A stretch of 64,000 nucleotides of DNA from Gemmatimonadales bacterium. Lineage in GTDB: Bacteria > Gemmatimonadota > Gemmatimonadetes > Gemmatimonadales > GWC2-71-9. The stretch covers positions 2,144,001 through 2,208,000 of the forward strand of contig OZ252244.1 of the NCBI GenBank assembly GCA_965249575.1, given 5' to 3'. Positions 10,266 to 19,775 of the stretch are shown here, piece by piece. The position numbers were made by a program, and so were the translations under genes. Within the stretch, counting starts at the first letter, position 1. Each line of letters starts with the position of its first letter. Below the pieces are notes generated by a model that searched no databases, had not been told where the DNA came from, and saw only the letters and a list, made by a program, of their open reading frames with translations.

Positions 10266-10940
10266 ATGCCGGGATGGCATTCGGTCCAGCGACATCGTGA
10301 TCAGCGCGGGAGAGTTCTAACTCAGTTCTTCCTGTTAGTTCTTGCCATCGGTGCGACGGCCGGCTGTGGCGAGGGTGGCGACGCCTCCGCCGACGTTGGC
10401 GACGTTGCGCTGACGGTGGCCGACACCGGAGCCACTCTCTTTCCCCCGGACGCCCTCTCGATGGATCTTCAGCATCACACGATGCAGGATATGCAGAGTC
10501 TCTACGACGATTTGGTGCACGCGCTCAACGATGGCGAGGCCACTGAATCGGCCACGCATGCCCGGGACCTGGCGACGTTGGCCGACAGACTGCCGGCTTT
10601 CATGGTGCACGTCCAGGGTGTGACGGTCGACAGCATGATAGCGTGGGGCCGGCGGTTCAAGGGTGAGATGCTCCGGGTCGCCGAGCTTGCCGAGTCAGGA
10701 AGCATGACCGCGGCGAGCGAACTGGGTTTTCGATCGGCAATGACTTGCGCACAATGCCACACCGTCTATGGAGGTGGCATGGAAGCGGAGCCAGGCGATC
10801 AGGATGATGGGGGGCACGCGCACGACGACGATGATGGGGGGCACGCGCACGACGACGATGATGGGGGGCACGCGCACGACGACGATGATGGGGGGCACGC
10901 GCACGACGACGATGGGGGTCAAACCCACGAGCACGACTGA
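10266..10940 (+). CDS. Putative lipoprotein monoheme cytochrome c'-like protein with His/Asp-rich tail
   Basis: Hydrophobic signal with ATAG-C lipobox, helical body, single late CAQCH motif, tail (GGHAHDDDD)n. Confidence 0.6.
   Translation: MPGWHSVQRHRDQRGRVLTQFFLLVLAIGATAGCGEGGDASADVGDVALTVADTGATLFPPDALSMDLQHHTMQDMQSLYDDLVHALNDGEATESATHARDLATLADRLPAFMVHVQGVTVDSMIAWGRRFKGEMLRVAELAESGSMTAASELGFRSAMTCAQCHTVYGGGMEAEPGDQDDGGHAHDDDDGGHAHDDDDGGHAHDDDDGGHAHDDDGGQTHEHD
10803..10910 (+). repeat. Four perfect tandem 27-bp copies of GATGATGGGGGGCACGCGCACGACGAC (coding DDGGHAHDD)
   Basis: Units start at 10803, 10830, 10857 and 10884; no spacers. Confidence 0.97.
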
Positions 10941-10991
10941 GCTGCTTCGCCCGACTGGGGGCCTCCGGCGTGCTCTTGCCGGGAGGCTACT

Positions 10992-11357
10992 GTGAAGATT
11001 CTCATTGCGGATGATGAGCCGTTGTCCCTGCAACTGCTCAAGAGGACGCTCGAAAGCTGGAACTACGAGGTCGTCGCTGTCAGCGACGGCCAGCAGGCCC
11101 TCGCCGAGCTTCAGGGATCGGCTCCGCCCCGCCTAGCCGTTCTCGACTGGATGATGCCGGGCATCGACGGGGTGGAGGTTTGCCGGCGGGCGCGAGAGCG
11201 CCTGGAGGCGCAGCCGATCCATCTCATGCTGCTCACGTCTCGATCAGCGTCCGAAGACATCGCAGAGGCCTTGCAGGCGGGCGCCGACGACTACGTCACC
11301 AAGCCCTTCGACCGGGCGGAACTACGGGCTCGGCTGAGCGTCGGGGAGCGGGGCTGA
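10992..11357 (+). pseudogene. Response regulator receiver domain, output domain apparently deleted
   Basis: MKILIADD, LAVLDWMMPGIDG, LLTS, GADDYVTKPF; ends just after the linker ELRARLSVGER and overlaps the convergent truncated DUF3179 gene. Confidence 0.65.
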
Positions 11358-12015
11358 ACCACCTACTCGGAAAGAGGAGCGCGTCGTTGTCTCGCTCATC
11401 GTAATCGCCATACGGATAGCGGCCGTATTGGAGGGGGTAGCCGGTGTTGAGGGCCAGCACCGTGCTGTTGGGATAGAGCGACTTCCAGTGTCCCCACGTC
11501 GTCTCGATCACCGGCAACCTGCGGAGCTCGGTTCCGGCCGCGGGCCCGCAGAGCGCCTGCAAGGACAGCTGATGCCACAGGCTTGTCGTCTCCCGGTCGA
11601 ACAAGGTCAGGTTGTTTTCCAGGATCAGTCCTGAGACGCCGAACTCGTGTACCTGACCCTCCACCTGCCTGTCGAACCCCAAGCCAGAACCTGTTAAAAG
11701 ACAATACGTTATAACCACAGGCTCGCCGCCGATCGTGTCGTTCGCGACTTCGTGCCACCACATCAGCGCGAAGGGGTAGGCTCGCGCGATACCGTTGCGC
11801 TCGATCCCGATCACGCGGGCCTCGTCCGGTAAGTATTGCACGACCGGCGCGGCCTCGAGGGAGGGATTGACGAGGGCCGGGATGCCCCCCGCTCCCGGGC
11901 CGCCATCGAAGAACTCGATGCTGCAACTCGAGAGCACGCCCTCATTCGGCACGCCCGCGAATGGTGCGTTCGAGTCCCCGCACCCAGCCGCAACCAGTGC
12001 GAGCGCTGGTATCAT
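11296..12015 (-). pseudogene. DUF3179-domain lipoprotein, C-terminally truncated
   Basis: LVAAG-C lipobox, GIPALVNP, ARAYP..WHEVAND, TYCLLTGSG, FGVSG, FDRET.SLW.Q, TTWGHWK; lacks the C-terminal third seen in the paralog at 12203. Confidence 0.7.
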
Positions 12016-12202
12016 CTTGTGAATTCGACGCTTGCCCATACCTGTCTAAGAGTAACGTGTCGATCCCAATTGCGGTTCCCCCTAGGGGCCGGCCCCGCTG
12101 GCGGGCGGCGGCCCCGATTGCGGCCCCCCAATCTCGGTGATGCGGCAATCCGACATCTGGCGGGGAACAAGCCGTAGTGCAGGTGGCGTTCTCTCAAGAG
12201 AC

Positions 12203-13327
12203 ATGGACCCATCTCTCCTGCCGCTCCCGCCCTGGGCCACCGCGGCTGCGATTCTATTTCTGGGGTCCGCACTCCCGGCGCACGGCCAGTTTTCCGGCGA
12301 ATGGCAGACGGACTTTTCGAAGCACACTGTGCCGCTGGACGAGATCGTGTCCGGCGGGCCTCCCAAGGACGGTATTCCCTCCATCGACAAGCCCCGCTTC
12401 GTCGCGGTTCGAGCAGCGTCGAGATGGCTCGAAGATCGGGAGCCGGTCGTGATGGTCACGCACGGTACCGTGGCGAAAGCCTACCCGCTCCAAATCCTCA
12501 TCTGGCATGAGATCGTCAACGACAAGGTCGGCGGCCTGTACGTGTCGGTGACATACTGTCCGCTCTGCAACACGGCCCTGGCGTTCAACCGTCGGTTCCA
12601 AGGGAAACTGTTGGATTTCGGAACGACGGGGCGGCTCAGACACTCCGACCTGGTCATGTATGACCGCCAATCAGAGACGTGGTGGCAGCAAGCGACGGGC
12701 GAGGGGATCGTCGGCGAGCACGCCGGAGAACGGCTCACGTTCGTGAGCGCCCCACTGGTGAGTTTTCAGACCTTCAAGGAGACATATCCAGACGGGTTGG
12801 TCCTGTCTCGAGAAACCGGTTATCGGCGTGACTACGGGCGAAACCCGTACCGGCGTTATGACGATCCGAAGGGAGGCCCCCTTCGTCGTTTTTTCTCTCG
12901 GCGCGCGGACGACCGACTGTCGGCCATGGAGCGGGTCGTGACGTTCGCCGTGGGTGAAGAAACCGTGACGATCCCCTTCTCGTCCTTGGAGCCGAAGCGC
13001 GTGGTGAACGACGAAGTTGCCGGAGAGCCAGTCGCAGTGTTCTGGGCGCCCGGAACGGCGAGCGCGGTGGATCACAGCGAGATCGCACGGGGGCGAGATG
13101 TAGGCTCGAGCGGCGTCTTCAACCGGCAGACTGGATCCAAGACATTGCATTTCGAGCACGCCGGCGACGGACTGTTCCGCGACCGGGAAACCCGGTCGAC
13201 CTGGGATATTCTGGGGCGGGCCGTTCGCGGTCCGCTAGCGGGTACGGAGCTGGAGCCGATCCCCCACGGGAACCATTTCTGGTTTGCGTGGGCCGCGTTC
13301 AAGCCCGATACACGCATCATACGATGA
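12203..13327 (+). CDS. DUF3179 domain-containing exported protein
   Basis: GGPPKDGIPSIDKP, AYPLQILIWHEIVND, TYCPLCNT, FGTTGRL, MYDRQSETWWQQ, FWFAWAAFKPDT. Confidence 0.9.
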   Translation: MDPSLLPLPPWATAAAILFLGSALPAHGQFSGEWQTDFSKHTVPLDEIVSGGPPKDGIPSIDKPRFVAVRAASRWLEDREPVVMVTHGTVAKAYPLQILIWHEIVNDKVGGLYVSVTYCPLCNTALAFNRRFQGKLLDFGTTGRLRHSDLVMYDRQSETWWQQATGEGIVGEHAGERLTFVSAPLVSFQTFKETYPDGLVLSRETGYRRDYGRNPYRRYDDPKGGPLRRFFSRRADDRLSAMERVVTFAVGEETVTIPFSSLEPKRVVNDEVAGEPVAVFWAPGTASAVDHSEIARGRDVGSSGVFNRQTGSKTLHFEHAGDGLFRDRETRSTWDILGRAVRGPLAGTELEPIPHGNHFWFAWAAFKPDTRIIR

Positions 13328-13463
13328 CCGCGCCATCAGGGGTGCTCTGACGGCGTGGACCGTCCGGGAACCGCGGCGAGTGCCCGTCGGTTACGAACTT
13401 GGCGGCCGACAGATTCACTGGCCGTCGCACTCCGACGACTCACTATCTCAGCCAGGAGGAACC

Positions 13464-13856
13464 ATGCTAATGCGTTTTCTGAGCGGTATCGGAACGGCCG
13501 CGCTGCTGGCCGTGGCGCTGCCTTCTACGGCCCAAGCTCAGGTGATGGGCGACGCGCCCAAGGGGAAGACTATCCGGTGACCGGGACGGTCGTCGACGTC
13601 TCCTGCAAGTTCGGGCAAGGACTGAGTGGCGCCGACCACCGCATGTGTGCGCAGGTCTGCGCGGATAAGGGGATCCCGCTGGGGATTCTCGGCAGCGACG
13701 GGACTCTCTACCTGCCGACTAGCGCCGGGATGCCAGGTGAGAGCCAGAATGATCGGCTCAAGGCGTTCGCGGAGCAGCAGGTCACGGTGAAAGGGGAGAG
13801 TATTCGAAGCTGGGGGAGCGAAAGCCATTCAGATTGCTGAGATTGCGAAGTCGTAG
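13464..13856 (+). pseudogene. Small secreted Cys/His protein with two compensating frameshifts (~13575 and ~13795)
   Basis: AGGAGG RBS and signal peptide MLMRFLSG..AQA; continues in -1 frame VTGTVVDVSC..HRMCAQVCADKGIPLG; returns to the original frame VFEAGGAKAIQIAEIAKS*. Confidence 0.7.
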
Positions 13857-13858
13857 GC

Positions 13859-15472
13859 GTGAGTAGCGACCACCTGACCGCGGGTCGGCGATTCGTCCGG
13901 CCCGCGGTTTTGCTCCCGGCTCCGCTTCTGATCAGTGGAGGACTCTGGTCCGTTCTGCCACGCCTGCCCGGTCGTTCGGGGCCCAATCGCGTTACCGAAT
14001 CCCGACGTGGCGCGCCCGGTCGAATGGATCCAGGGATCCGTCAGGTTCGTCGTTTCCGCGCAGGCGCCCGAACGCCTGCTGATCGACACGCTCTTCCCGG
14101 CCGCGCCGGCTCGGCTTCTGTGGCTTCAGGGGAAGGCGGGACACCGGACGTCTGGGGAAGGCGTTCTGGCCGTGGACGGGGCGGCGGGGTCTTACGCGTC
14201 GATGCGAGACTCCGGGTCACGAGGGTGCCTGTCCGAGCCGAAGGCACGGAGATCACCGGCGTCGCCCCTGCTCCGGATGGGGTGTGGCTCGCAAGTGCCA
14301 CGGGCGAAGTGCTGCGGGCGGGTCGGAAGGGGGAGTTGCTGGAACTCGGTCCGAAAGGCCTGGGAGCGGAACGGCGATCGGTGAGGGGGCCCTTCGACTA
14401 CGTCGACCTAGCGGCCGATCCGGCCGCCGACGGGACGTGGGTGGTTCGGTCTCAGCAGCAGTTCTCCTACAACTGGTATCAGGGAGAGGTCCCTCCCGTC
14501 CTGGTTCACGTCGATCGAAACGGGGAGGTGACGGGCCAGATCGGGGCGTCGATCGTACCCGCGCACGTCCTCCTTACCGACTTGGCGAATGCCGGTCGTA
14601 TGGTCGTGGATAGTGGGACGATCTTCTACGCGCCCTTCATCCGGGATGAGGTCGTGGCGTTCACTGCGACAGGCGACGCCCTCTGGATCGCCAGCCGCGA
14701 GCTTTCGCACTCGCGGCCGGACCCGAAATTCGAAATCGTAGACGGCACACCCGTCATCGACTATGCGCCGGTGAACCTCGGTGTGGCCATTGGACCCGAT
14801 GACCGGCTATACGTGCTGAGTACCGTCAGTGACTCCACTGGGCGCGGGCGAGGGCGGACCCGCGTAGACGTGTTCGACAAAGCGAGCGGGCACCTGCTCC
14901 GTTCGGGCGAGTTTGCCACCTTGCTGCCGACGGTTGCGGTGGACGGCGACGGGCGGGTGTACTCCCTCGACTCGTTCCGGCTGCTCACGGGTGTGGCACC
15001 TCGGGAGCGACAGGCACTAGCTGCGTTCGATCTCGAGCGACTGAGCGGCGGCCGTATGACCCTCACGGATCTCATAGGCCGCGTCACTCTCATCAACTTC
15101 TGGGCGAGCTGGTGCGGACCGTGCCGCACGGAGATGCCGGCGCTCGATAGCTTGCAGAAGAACATTTCCGATCCCGAGTTCGGCTTCGTCACGTTCAATG
15201 AGGACTTGAATGTTGACGCTGCGAAGGCGTTCATCGAGGCGTTTGGGTTCGGTTTTCCCGTCCTACTCGGGCGAGGAAAGCTGAGAGGGCGATACCACTA
15301 CGTCGGGCTACCGTTCACGGCCCTGGTTGACCGGCAAGGGCGTGTCGTGCAGCGCTGGCTTGGGTTTGCCGGTGAGGCCCAGTTCAACGCAATCCGAGCG
15401 TTGATCAGGGCGGAGTTGGCCCGTGGGGGGCGCCCCGGTGCGCATTCGGGGCACCACGGCCACGGTCCCTAG
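13859..15472 (+). CDS. Beta-propeller-like domain plus C-terminal TlpA-family thiol-disulfide oxidoreductase
   Basis: INFWASWCGPCRTEMPAL, GLPFTALVDRQG. The ~13980-14190 segment reads better in the +1 frame (ORF 13935), suggesting compensated indels. Confidence 0.8.
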   Translation: MSSDHLTAGRRFVRPAVLLPAPLLISGGLWSVLPRLPGRSGPNRVTESRRGAPGRMDPGIRQVRRFRAGARTPADRHALPGRAGSASVASGEGGTPDVWGRRSGRGRGGGVLRVDARLRVTRVPVRAEGTEITGVAPAPDGVWLASATGEVLRAGRKGELLELGPKGLGAERRSVRGPFDYVDLAADPAADGTWVVRSQQQFSYNWYQGEVPPVLVHVDRNGEVTGQIGASIVPAHVLLTDLANAGRMVVDSGTIFYAPFIRDEVVAFTATGDALWIASRELSHSRPDPKFEIVDGTPVIDYAPVNLGVAIGPDDRLYVLSTVSDSTGRGRGRTRVDVFDKASGHLLRSGEFATLLPTVAVDGDGRVYSLDSFRLLTGVAPRERQALAAFDLERLSGGRMTLTDLIGRVTLINFWASWCGPCRTEMPALDSLQKNISDPEFGFVTFNEDLNVDAAKAFIEAFGFGFPVLLGRGKLRGRYHYVGLPFTALVDRQGRVVQRWLGFAGEAQFNAIRALIRAELARGGRPGAHSGHHGHGP

Positions 15473-15509
15473 CGCCACCGACATCAGGGAGCTGCGCGCT
15501 GTTTGTCCG

Positions 15510-15926
15510 CTAGCTGTCGGATGACGCCGTCCCGCCCCGCTTCTTGCGAATCAGCGCGTCGAGGCTGAAGCTGCCAGCTCCGGTGGTTACGAAGTAGAGG
15601 TAGATGAAGCAGTAGAGCGCCGCGAGCTCGCCCCGGTTGACGATTGGCCAGAATCCTTGCGGGAGGTGGGCGATGAAATAGGCGGCGGCCATCTCGCCCG
15701 CTCCGATGAAGGCTACCACCGGTGTAAACAGGCCCAGCATGATGAGGATCCCGCCGACGAATTCGATGATCCCCGCAAACCAGGTGCGCGTGAACGGCTC
15801 GGTGCCTCCGGAATCCCTCAAGAAGCCAAAGAGCTTCTGCGCGCCGTGAGGCATCCACAAGAAACCGACGACGATCCGCAGCACGTTGTGCATGAGGCCT
15901 TGGTACCTACTGAGTGGATCGATCAT
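15510..15926 (-). CDS. DoxX family membrane protein
   Basis: LRIVVGFL..HGAQKLFG, IEFVGG..GLFT, MAAAYFIAH, GAGSFSLD. Confidence 0.9.
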   Translation of the reverse strand: MIDPLSRYQGLMHNVLRIVVGFLWMPHGAQKLFGFLRDSGGTEPFTRTWFAGIIEFVGGILIMLGLFTPVVAFIGAGEMAAAYFIAHLPQGFWPIVNRGELAALYCFIYLYFVTTGAGSFSLDALIRKKRGGTASSDS

Positions 15927-15999
15927 GCAACCCTCATTTTGGATTGGTGGGTTTTGGGACGTAGGCTCTCGGGCCAGTTGCGTCTGGGAGAGGGTGCTC

Positions 16000-17445
16000 T
16001 CAGCGGGATTGCAGGAGCGCCCCGCCCCCGACGCCAAGGTATCCCAAGCCGAAAATGACCGGAATGCCGGTCGGAAGGAGTGCCTGGTGCAACACGGCGG
16101 CGGTCCCGACGGCCAGGAGTACGATGCCTGCCACGCACTCCAACACCGCAGCACCGGAGGCCGAGACCCGATATACGGCGCGGCGCCAGGACACGTCGGC
16201 TCCACCGGCCAGACGGTATTTAGGCGTGCGGCGAAACGGCGTCCGGTGGCTCAGGAGACCCCGTGCGACGGCCGCCGTCTGGCCCAGCGAGATACCGGCC
16301 CCCAGTACGAGAATGACGGGAACCATGAGCACTTGCCACCAGCCGCTCGTGCGCGCCCGAGCGGCCACACCGTAGAAGATCCCCAGCGAGACGATTGCGA
16401 ACGTCAGGAGCGCCGCATCCGCCGCGAACACGAATGCGCGTGATGAGGCCCCCGCCATCCAGCCCGCCGGAAATCCCGCCAGGGCCACCACCACGAGGAG
16501 CGGGTAGCACAAATGTGCCAAGAGGTGGAAGGCTGCCTCCAGTTTGACGACGGGTTTCACCTTCGCTCGCAGGATGCGCGGCAACAGCAGGCGCGCTGTC
16601 TGGATGCCACCCTGAGCCCACCGCTGCTGCTGAATTCGATAGGCGGCAACCTCCACGGGCAACTCCGCGGGGACCTCGACGTCATCCCGGTAGACGAATC
16701 GCCAGCCGACGAGCTGGGCCCGGTAAGAGAGATCCAGGTCTTCTGTCAGGGTATCGCTGCGCCAGCCACCCGCCGATTCGACGGCTGCTCGCCGCCAGAC
16801 TCCCGCCGTGCCGTTGAAATTGAAGAACCGGGCGGCCTCCTGCCGAACACCGTGCTCGATGGTAAAGTGAGCGTCCAGTTGTAAGGCCTGGGCCCGGGTG
16901 AGCACCGAGGCGTGGCGATTCAGGTGCCCCCACCGCGCTTGAACCATGCCGACAGTGGGATCCGCGAACTCGCCAACGACACGGCGGAGGAAATCGGGCT
17001 CTGGAACGAAGTCGGCATCGAAAATGGCGATGAGTTCGCCGCTGGCGCGCCGGAGGCCTTCCCCGAGCGCGCCCGCCTTGAAACCCTCTCGTGACGGACG
17101 CCGGATGTGGACGATGCGGGATCCCGCGGTCCGGAGTTCGGTAGCCAGCCGAGCCACGAGCGAGGAGGTGTCGTCGGTCGAATCATCGAGGATCTGGATC
17201 TCGACTCTCGATGTCGGGTAGTCGAGCGCCGCCGCGGCCCGGATACATCGCTCAGCGACGTATCGCTCGTTGTACAGGGGAATCTGAACAGTGACGTTCG
17301 GGTAGCGTGGCGTAGATCGGTCGATTTGGGGGCGGCGACTCGCGACCCGCCGCACGTAGTGCCGGGCGAGCGACAATCGGTGCGCTCCAAACAGCGCAAG
17401 GAGTATGGAGGCGGTCAGGTGCACCGCGATCAAACCGGTAATCAT
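16000..17445 (-). CDS. Membrane glycosyltransferase family 2 (cellulose-synthase-like)
   Basis: VTVQIPLYNE, ILDDSTD, GFKAGAL, FDADF, FNGTAG, TEDLD, QQQRW (QxxRW), flanking TM helices. Confidence 0.9.
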   Translation of the reverse strand: MITGLIAVHLTASILLALFGAHRLSLARHYVRRVASRRPQIDRSTPRYPNVTVQIPLYNERYVAERCIRAAAALDYPTSRVEIQILDDSTDDTSSLVARLATELRTAGSRIVHIRRPSREGFKAGALGEGLRRASGELIAIFDADFVPEPDFLRRVVGEFADPTVGMVQARWGHLNRHASVLTRAQALQLDAHFTIEHGVRQEAARFFNFNGTAGVWRRAAVESAGGWRSDTLTEDLDLSYRAQLVGWRFVYRDDVEVPAELPVEVAAYRIQQQRWAQGGIQTARLLLPRILRAKVKPVVKLEAAFHLLAHLCYPLLVVVALAGFPAGWMAGASSRAFVFAADAALLTFAIVSLGIFYGVAARARTSGWWQVLMVPVILVLGAGISLGQTAAVARGLLSHRTPFRRTPKYRLAGGADVSWRRAVYRVSASGAAVLECVAGIVLLAVGTAAVLHQALLPTGIPVIFGLGYLGVGGGALLQSR

Positions 17446-17547
17446 TGGATCCGTTGATGGTTCACAGTGAGCCAACGCTTCTCGATCGAGATTTGTTCCG
17501 GCTCTGAATGATAGTGGAGCCCGAATGGGGCCGATAGGTGCGTTCCG

Positions 17548-18339
17548 TCACACGCGCGCCATCCAGCTTCCACCATCCACCACGTAGATAGCTCCGGTGA
17601 TCCATTCGCCGCCGGGTCCCGCGAGAAAGACCGCCAGGTTGGCGATATCCGCAGGTCTCCCCCAGCGTCCAAGCGGAATTTGGGCGAGCATGTCATCGTC
17701 GAACGACGCGGCACTGGCGGCGCCCGGTTTGGGGGCGCTGAAGGCTGCCGTCGCTCCTTCCGTCTTGACCGGGCCCGGCGCAATCGCGTTCACCGTGATG
17801 CCGGCCGCCGCCCATTCAAGAGCGAGGGTCCTCGTCAGGGCGTCGACTCCAGCCTTGGCTGCCGAGGCGTGGGCCATCTGTGGCCAACCGCGGTAGTGCA
17901 GGGTCATCGAGATCGAGATGATTCGCCCCCCACCTTGGTGTCGCAGGTGCGGGTACGCCGCCTGGGAAACGAAAAACGTTCCGTAGAGATCGGTTTCGAC
18001 TACGGCGCGCCACCCATTCGGAGACAGATCCGCAGACGGTGCGTAGAAGTTGCCGGCGGCGTTGTTCACGAGGATGTCCAGGCGGCCGAACCGATCAACC
18101 GTACCGCTTACCATGCGTTTGACCGATTCCGGGTCGCGCACGTTCGCCTCGATCGCGTGCGCTCCGGTTCCGAACTCCCTTAGCTTCTCGACCGCCGGGT
18201 CGAGGTGCTCCCGTTTCCGGCTGGCGATCGCGACGTCTGCACCGTACCGCGCGAGCTCCTGCGCGATGCCAAACCCAATGCCAGTGCCGCCGCCGGTGAT
18301 GAGGGCGACCTGATCCTTCAAGAGATCTTTCTGGAACAT
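17548..18339 (-). CDS. SDR oxidoreductase, 2,4-dienoyl-CoA reductase-like
   Basis: ITGGGTGIG, VNNAAGNF, HASAAKAG, NAIAPGP, VDGG. Confidence 0.88.
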   Translation of the reverse strand: MFQKDLLKDQVALITGGGTGIGFGIAQELARYGADVAIASRKREHLDPAVEKLREFGTGAHAIEANVRDPESVKRMVSGTVDRFGRLDILVNNAAGNFYAPSADLSPNGWRAVVETDLYGTFFVSQAAYPHLRHQGGGRIISISMTLHYRGWPQMAHASAAKAGVDALTRTLALEWAAAGITVNAIAPGPVKTEGATAAFSAPKPGAASAASFDDDMLAQIPLGRWGRPADIANLAVFLAGPGGEWITGAIYVVDGGSWMARV

Positions 18340-18457
18340 CGGGGTATCTCCTGACGATTCTCTCGGGATGCGGAGATTATATGCCGACGAGCGGCTTTGC
18401 GAACCCTCAGCCCCGGGGGTGGACAGGTTCGGGAATATCGTCGTATGCTCTGCGACT

Positions 18458-19771
18458 ATGCGCGTCCAGCGGGTTGTGATCATCGGAGCGGGTTTTGGCG
18501 GGCTCGAATGCGCGAAGCGCCTCGCTCAGGCGCCCGTTCAGGTCCTGCTTCTCGACCGCAACAACTACCATCTGTTCACGCCGCTACTCTACCAGGTGGC
18601 GAGTTCCCTTCTGAATCCCAGCGACATCGCGCATCCTGTGCGGGCCGTGCTCCGTGGGGCGTCAAATGTCCGATTTCGAATGGCGGAGGTGACGGGAGTC
18701 GATCTGGAGGCCAAGACCGTCCGGAGCGCTGACGGCTCCGAATTCCCCTATGAGTACGTCGTCATCGCCACCGGGAGCTCGACGAATTACTTCGGGCTCT
18801 CGTCCGTTCAGGCGACCGCGCGGGGACTCAAAGACCTGCCGGAGGCCCTCGAGCTCAGAAACCACGTGATGCGGTGCTTCGAGGCGGCCGCGCGGGCGGG
18901 CGGGCGTGATCGAGCGGCAGACTGGCTGAGGTTTGTCGTAGTCGGAGGCGGTCCCACGGGAGTCGAATACGCAGGAGCCCTGTCCGAGCTCGTCAGGCGC
19001 GTACTGGTCAAAGACTATCCCGACCTGGACCTCGGGCGGGTGCGCATCACGCTCGTCGAGGCTGCCGCCCGCGTGCTCCCGGCATTTCCGGAACCGCTGG
19101 GTCACGACGCCGGGCGACGGCTTCGGCGCATGGGGGTCGATGTACTCCTGAACACGAAGGTCCGAGGAGGATCCGATCGAGTGGTGCGTCTTTCCGGCGG
19201 TGAGTCCATCGAGGCCCGTACGCTCGTTTGGGCGGCGGGTGTCCAACCCTCGAATCTCGTTTCCGTTCTGGGAGCTCCAACGAGCGAGAGTGGCCGCCTG
19301 CTCGTCGACGAACAGTTGCGACTCAAGGGCCTGAGTTCGGCGTTTGCGATCGGCGACATCGCCGCCGTTTCGCAAGGTGGCGACGAGATCCCGATGCTGT
19401 CCGCGCCGGCGATACAGGAGGGGAGATACGTCGCTCGGGCGATTACCAGCGCCGCTAGATCGAGCTCGATGAAGGGGTTCCGCTATCGGGACAAGGGTAT
19501 CATGGCAACCATCGGTCGGCATGCAGCGGTCGCGCAAATCGGGCGCGTATCGCTCAGGGGCGCCCTTGGGTGGCTGGCGTGGCTGTTCGTGCACCTCTAC
19601 TTCATCATCGGCTTTCGGAACCGGATCGCCGTCATGATGGGGTGGGCCTGGAATTACCTTTTTTACGACCGCCCGATTCGACTCGTTACTAGGGCGCTGG
19701 ATCGAACCGGAGCCGGAGCTACGCCGAAAGGTTCGGCGCCTTCGACCGCGAGTCCCCGTGATGGTGCGTGA
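18458..19771 (+). CDS. ndh: Type II NADH dehydrogenase family FAD oxidoreductase
   Basis: IIGAGFGG, HLFTPLLYQVA, VVGGGPTGVE.AG, WAAGV, AIGD, AIQEG, YRDKGIMATIGR. Confidence 0.88.
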   Translation: MRVQRVVIIGAGFGGLECAKRLAQAPVQVLLLDRNNYHLFTPLLYQVASSLLNPSDIAHPVRAVLRGASNVRFRMAEVTGVDLEAKTVRSADGSEFPYEYVVIATGSSTNYFGLSSVQATARGLKDLPEALELRNHVMRCFEAAARAGGRDRAADWLRFVVVGGGPTGVEYAGALSELVRRVLVKDYPDLDLGRVRITLVEAAARVLPAFPEPLGHDAGRRLRRMGVDVLLNTKVRGGSDRVVRLSGGESIEARTLVWAAGVQPSNLVSVLGAPTSESGRLLVDEQLRLKGLSSAFAIGDIAAVSQGGDEIPMLSAPAIQEGRYVARAITSAARSSSMKGFRYRDKGIMATIGRHAAVAQIGRVSLRGALGWLAWLFVHLYFIIGFRNRIAVMMGWAWNYLFYDRPIRLVTRALDRTGAGATPKGSAPSTASPRDGA

Positions 19772-19775
19772 GTCC

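Noticed and set aside
10803..10910. 27-bp repeats as a CRISPR array
   Set aside because: The units are contiguous without spacers and in frame in a CDS; there are no cas genes.
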